From assembly GCA_934699095.1 (NCBI GenBank), contig CAKUVI010000003.1, positions 233,076-297,075 on the forward strand: a DNA stretch of 64,000 nucleotides. Direction: 5' to 3'. The notes under the pieces are model-generated. The model saw only the letters and a program-made list of their open reading frames with translations, had not been told where the DNA came from and searched no databases. This document shows, piece by piece, positions 61,201 to 64,000 of the stretch (positions are counted from its first letter, which is position 1; every line of letters starts with the position of its first letter). The DNA is from an uncultured Bacteroidales bacterium (GTDB lineage Bacteria > Bacteroidota > Bacteroidia > Bacteroidales > WCHB1-69). A program made the position numbers and the translations under genes.

Positions 61201-61289
61201 GGAGGAATTGGATACTTTCGAAAATAATCCACCATGGCTTGTGCTCCCATGGAAATATTAGCGCCTTGATGGGGGGAGTCAAACGACAC
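58275..61289 (-). CDS. Downstream part of an alpha/beta-hydrolase / Ig-like / beta-helix / T9SS-CTD cargo gene
   Basis: 1004-aa ORF in the same frame as 61290..62564, separated from it only by a TGA. The ORF-track 'M' is a GTG. It begins SFDSPHQGANI and ends with a T9SS CTD (YVYPNPTDGELNV...GAYILRV...VVKK). Confidence 0.75.
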   Translation of the reverse strand: MSFDSPHQGANISMGAQAMVDYFRKYPIPPVIKLWNKTLCSVAAKQMLIYHKMSEAGSLYNAYYQQIAGLNYPSALRKVAVSNGSLNNLPNGYAEQNVLDIAIRTRLFVIPYLLNISIHNMTSQGPGVVFNLNRHIGLFIKIPITWTFNNNGNKGCIDAAPGCTYPTFDMLTDKISWMQYLGIISININQHSHCFMPITSVLDIKEPIPYATDVSNRDLVAEGKIPFDSYWGPLNKNMEHITFDNDLVDYLLNEIETYIQGPRDIHLCTHPTYALHLPQGTNATVTWLGSDNIQILPTNNPNVVNVAPLSEGDAVVSVVVSTLEHNDTLHCPIHVFYSSLLPEVEGTTIQGQSMVIDVETNLTTDTFCIENGKTMTITGTLHCAPGTRLVVRPGGRLVVDGGTLTGACAGEMWQGVQVLGNGGLSQNAANQGWLELKNGALIENARCAVQAEAGAVVKATNTAFRNNGRAVNFMPYVETMPGGSVRGNLSGFGNCTFTTDGDNLFAENGCEFTEHVRMSEVNGIEFHSCGFSDATAGGFTTHRGIYAQDAGFTLTKTCPSNIVFTGCVCAESYSRYNTFSGFNTAIEANTSGNQYAIEIDQTKFSGNGTAVRINGNNFVTVTRDTFDLTQSCSQPPFVTGLYLNNCSGYKVEGNLFKGLVMANVGSTTGVMVNNSGSADNMIYRNSFSTLNYGVQVRGDNGGADGGLQVACGSFGNVANPIYLTGGATMKSTDNVTINNCASTLCGITPGFPGHPFPVNAAGANQTNSAVADGHQALQTEVYYAAVRGIMADTVLDLGALQQWHTVAQPIADRYSLTETDFQMGLVDDVEGGDADYAQFHAMKAQLRDGRMVNWRDMTEAQKSELQEIAERNSGRASEMAKGVLCFYHGICLEDGDLSAEEPQGGTKSAKTAINNADNAVLYVYPNPTDGELNVGITDGAQIAAITLCDLQGRVVETQNFASLHGAFQHGVTTVITMQNIPAGAYILRVTGWDGKEYVRRVVKK
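58319..60071. repeat. Direct repeat copy 2 (1753 bp) of the GC-rich tail module
   Basis: See copy 1. It contains the extra 117 bp (59705..59821) bounded by GAAGCCGC at 59697-59704 and 59814-59821. Confidence 0.9.
58399..58428. repeat. 30-nt perfect palindrome inside the CTD coding sequence (copy 2)
   Basis: Same sequence as 54177..54206. Confidence 0.9.
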
Positions 61290-62564
61290 TCATAACCTGC
61301 AGTTGTGTTTGCCATAGTTGGTGCGGACATCATCCGCATGTTGTTCCATGTAGGCCAAAGCGTAACGAGTGATTTGCCCTCCCATGCTGGGACCTACCAC
61401 CACAATCTGTTCTTTGCTTCCAGATTGTTGTAGCAGTTCGTTTACCTTATTGATAGCGGCAATGCACACCATCGCATTCTCTTCGATGTATGTGCCGCCA
61501 TTGGGAAAATCCAACAACACCACGTCATAGCCTAATGCCAATAACATATCACCCATATTATCGCCATCTGAGAGACCATCCCCTAATTTGTCCCAAAGAG
61601 ACTTTCCGTTCTTCTCATAACAGGTGTCAAAACGTCTGTTGTTCACTGGGTCGAACCCATCAACAATCAATACTGGTTTTCTCAACAACATGTCAGAATG
61701 GGCATAATATATACGGATGTCCCCCCGGCGTGCTGTAAAACTTCCCCCGGCCGAATATGGATAGGCTGGTATGATTTGCCCATTAACGGTTAGGTCTTGA
61801 ATGTATGAATGAGAACTTGTCCCTGATCCCCCATTTCTACTGTTTCTGTCAATTGTGAGTTTGGCGTATGTGGTCAGGGTATCTCCATTGCGGAATATTG
61901 ACGTCATTTTCAATGTTTTTGTTCCTTCTGAGGCATAGACAATCTGGACGGCGGTGTTCAACGCCACATTTCTGTCCCCTTGACCGTCTCCGAAGTCAAT
62001 CACCAAATAACTGACAGGGTTTGTTGTATTGTCAAAAAAGAAATGTCGGTCAATGACAAATCTGACGGAGGTAGAAGTTGAATATTCAACCAACGGTGCC
62101 ATCATAAAAGCAGTGTTTTCATGGAATAAGGAGACGTTTATGGAAGTGTTCTCCCTAAGGACGCTGTCCGCATCGTAGTAAAGTCGTTGTTGCATGGCAA
62201 TGGTGTCGAATGTATTGAAGTTGGCGTGCAACATGCCGATTATGATCGTTGTGCTGTCGGAAGGCAGATTTCTTATTATGCTTCCCACCGAATCGGGAAG
62301 GAACGTGTTTTGCGCCCCTGCGCGGTAAAGTTCGTCGTATGCCATAACGAACTGCCAGTAGTCGCAGGTGTCTGCTGGATGGGGGATGTCTGTTATGTAA
62401 CTGACCAAATTGCTGAACGGTAGTACCCGCTCATACAATATCCCCGTTGAGGTGTGGCTCAAGTCCACGTGCCGGAATACTTCGTTGAAACTCTCGGTGT
62501 AATTCTGCGCAGAAGCTGTTGTAAACACACTGATAACCAAAAGGGTGATAAGGTGCTTTTTCAT
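61290..62564 (-). CDS. Upstream part of the same cargo gene: signal peptide plus alpha/beta-hydrolase (lipase/esterase-like) nucleophile region
   Basis: MKKHLITLLVISVFTTASAQ signal peptide and GxSxG nucleophile elbow VVVGPSMGGQ. It ends at an in-frame TGA at 61290-61292. Confidence 0.75.
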   Translation of the reverse strand: MKKHLITLLVISVFTTASAQNYTESFNEVFRHVDLSHTSTGILYERVLPFSNLVSYITDIPHPADTCDYWQFVMAYDELYRAGAQNTFLPDSVGSIIRNLPSDSTTIIIGMLHANFNTFDTIAMQQRLYYDADSVLRENTSINVSLFHENTAFMMAPLVEYSTSTSVRFVIDRHFFFDNTTNPVSYLVIDFGDGQGDRNVALNTAVQIVYASEGTKTLKMTSIFRNGDTLTTYAKLTIDRNSRNGGSGTSSHSYIQDLTVNGQIIPAYPYSAGGSFTARRGDIRIYYAHSDMLLRKPVLIVDGFDPVNNRRFDTCYEKNGKSLWDKLGDGLSDGDNMGDMLLALGYDVVLLDFPNGGTYIEENAMVCIAAINKVNELLQQSGSKEQIVVVGPSMGGQITRYALAYMEQHADDVRTNYGKHNCRL

Positions 62565-62577
62565 AATTCATTGTATT
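62437..62577. repeat. 141-bp leader/signal-peptide module, copy A
   Basis: Identical to 63173..63313 (offset 736) except for a 27-nt central patch with 12 mismatches. It covers 13 nt of the 5' leader, the start codon, the signal peptide and the first mature residues. Confidence 0.85.
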
Positions 62578-62583
62578 ATGTCA

Positions 62584-63300
62584 TTAATTCTTTTTGCCAA
62601 AATGGTAACGGACGGAAAACACAAACCCGTAATCAAAATAATGGTAAGGATTATTAGAGGAAATGAGGCCTATTCTATTTCCTGGATTCACGCCGTCTGC
62701 TGAATAAATGTTTCCATATCCAAGTCGCGTATCGGTTTGAATAGACATCGGTATCGCATTAAAGAAGTATTCGATACCCAATATGGCCTGAACTCCACTT
62801 TTTAATGAGACTTCACGTTTCCCTGCATCGTGTGGGACTATTCCTCCAACAACTCCTCCACCAGCAATCCAATATGTGTTCGATCTATTTGGAAATTTGT
62901 CTTCAAACAACATATTTACTTTTAATCCGATGTCGCACCCTTCAGGTATTATTGATTTGTGGATGTCAATACCTAGGCCGAAATCCACTTGCAAATGTAT
63001 CTCACGTAATATATTGAACTTCAAAGAGAGACCATCAAACCATATACCAGCACATACTCCCACACTATGCTTGTAGTATTGCGTGTCAGCGGTGTCTGTC
63101 TTACTTACCACTTTGTTGTTCACCCAAGAGCAGTTTGTCGGCAGGTCTTCAGGCGGTAAGTCACGTTCAGATAATATCCCCGTTGAGGTGTGGCTCAAGT
63201 CCACGTGCCGGAACACGCTGTCGAAGGCCTGTGTGTAGCTCTGCGCAGAAGCTGTTGTAAACACACTGATAACCAAAAGGGTGATAAGGTGCTTTTTCAT
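62584..63300 (-). CDS. Small outer-membrane beta-barrel-like protein carrying the duplicated leader of the hydrolase gene
   Basis: 238 aa. The first 45 or so residues (MKKHLITLLVISVFTTASAQ...FRHVDLSHTSTGIL) match ORF 61290..62564. The remainder is Gly/aromatic-rich and ends FVFSVRYHF. Confidence 0.6.
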   Translation of the reverse strand: MKKHLITLLVISVFTTASAQSYTQAFDSVFRHVDLSHTSTGILSERDLPPEDLPTNCSWVNNKVVSKTDTADTQYYKHSVGVCAGIWFDGLSLKFNILREIHLQVDFGLGIDIHKSIIPEGCDIGLKVNMLFEDKFPNRSNTYWIAGGGVVGGIVPHDAGKREVSLKSGVQAILGIEYFFNAIPMSIQTDTRLGYGNIYSADGVNPGNRIGLISSNNPYHYFDYGFVFSVRYHFGKKN

Positions 63301-63313
63301 AATTCATTGTATT
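63173..63313. repeat. 141-bp leader/signal-peptide module, copy B
   Basis: See copy A. Confidence 0.85.
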
Positions 63314-63631
63314 TTATCATCATGTGGACTTCTATTTTTTTACTTCTTTACATTGCCGCCGCCCTTGGTGCGAAGTCCGATTAACATCAAGTTAAGCAAA
63401 CAGCACTGCAAAATTATACATTTTTTTTACCATTTCACCACTTTTTATTCATATTCCTTCCCCTTCTCATCCGCAGCGGTTTGGCTTTTCACAGACGCGT
63501 TGATTCGCGCCTGAACAGGATGGCAGTATTTATTAAGCGCCCTGCCTCAGCGCCTTATCTGAAATAGTTATTCTTATTTAATAGATGTATATGTCTCATA
63601 TTGTTTTAACTTTCAATTATCCCAACAATTA

Positions 63632-63982
63632 TTAATTAATATAGGCTGCCGTTTCGCTGAAAAACAGACCCGAGAAGGTGAACTGCAGGGTAGCAGTGTC
63701 ACGATAGACCATCTGCTCAGGAATGTTCAGAAAGATACGGTTGCCATTTTCGTCCAGATAATCCAACGAACGGTCCGGCATGAGGAAGAAGTCTTCTGAG
63801 GTCAGATCAAACGTGTCGGTTGTAATGGCCGTTAAGTCAGTACCAACCTGTTGAAGCTGGACGGCTGCGATGTTCGTACACTCCCTGCCTGAACCCATAC
63901 AATTAACGTGGACGTAGTGCCCGCTAATCATCACACACCCTTTGCAGTCTTTGCTGTTATGCCCCATATTCATGATAAGCAT
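63632..63982 (-). CDS. Hypothetical Cys-rich protein; frame remains open to the window end, so it may be longer
   Basis: 116-aa ORF. The codons upstream of the Met (T G N P S F) contain no stop up to position 64000. No recognisable motif. Confidence 0.35.
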   Translation of the reverse strand: MLIMNMGHNSKDCKGCVMISGHYVHVNCMGSGRECTNIAAVQLQQVGTDLTAITTDTFDLTSEDFFLMPDRSLDYLDENGNRIFLNIPEQMVYRDTATLQFTFSGLFFSETAAYIN

Positions 63983-64000
63983 GAATGAGGGGTTTCCCGT

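Larger units (their letters stand above)
58275..62564 (-). pseudogene. Single 1429-codon cargo reading frame interrupted by one in-frame TGA
   Basis: Minus-strand codons are ...AAC TGC AGG TTA TGA GTG TCG TTT GAC TCC CCC CAT CAA GGC. The frame is identical on both sides of the stop. Confidence 0.55.

Noticed and set aside
61290-61292. The in-frame TGA read as selenocysteine, or as evidence of a reassigned genetic code.
   Set aside because: TGA clearly terminates other genes in the window (for example the U32 gene at 44453-44455, just before a terminator). I saw no obvious stem-loop immediately 3' of the codon. A catalytic-domain interior of an alpha/beta-hydrolase is not a known Sec context. 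Nonsense mutation or base-call error is more parsimonious.

Overview
This window looks like a Bacteroidales-type (phylum Bacteroidota) chromosomal segment, about 90% coding and mostly on the minus strand. All calls come from reading the ORF translations and the DNA by eye; no database search was possible.

Positions 1-52 kb are largely housekeeping genes: valS, uppS, ispF, ispD, fmt, ribH, rlmH, tdk, lgt, rluB-like, engB, hup, atpDC, tatD and tRNA-Gly(GCC). An outer-membrane biogenesis block (bamA plus three tandem OmpH/Skp genes) and core type IX secretion (T9SS) genes (porV, porU, a divergent porP/sprF, a gldJ-like lipoprotein) are interleaved with them.

Directly downstream of the 3' end of tRNA-Gly (52.4-64 kb) lies an accessory cluster of T9SS cargo genes, with a C10 cysteine peptidase cargo gene at 44.5-46.8 kb. 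This cluster holds the most unusual structure. Two neighbouring cargo genes have unrelated catalytic heads, an S8 subtilase and an alpha/beta-hydrolase. Both carry a nucleotide-identical, GC-rich (about 65%) tail of 1.64 and 1.75 kb encoding a beta-helix, a helical linker and a T9SS C-terminal domain (CTD).
- The two tail copies differ by a 117-bp in-frame indel bounded by an 8-bp direct repeat.
- The S8 gene is frameshifted exactly at the repeat boundary.
- The hydrolase gene is split by one in-frame TGA.
- A 141-bp leader/signal-peptide module is duplicated onto a small beta-barrel gene.
- A 30-nt perfect palindrome sits inside each CTD coding region.

No rRNA, CRISPR array, integrase, transposase or reverse transcriptase was seen.
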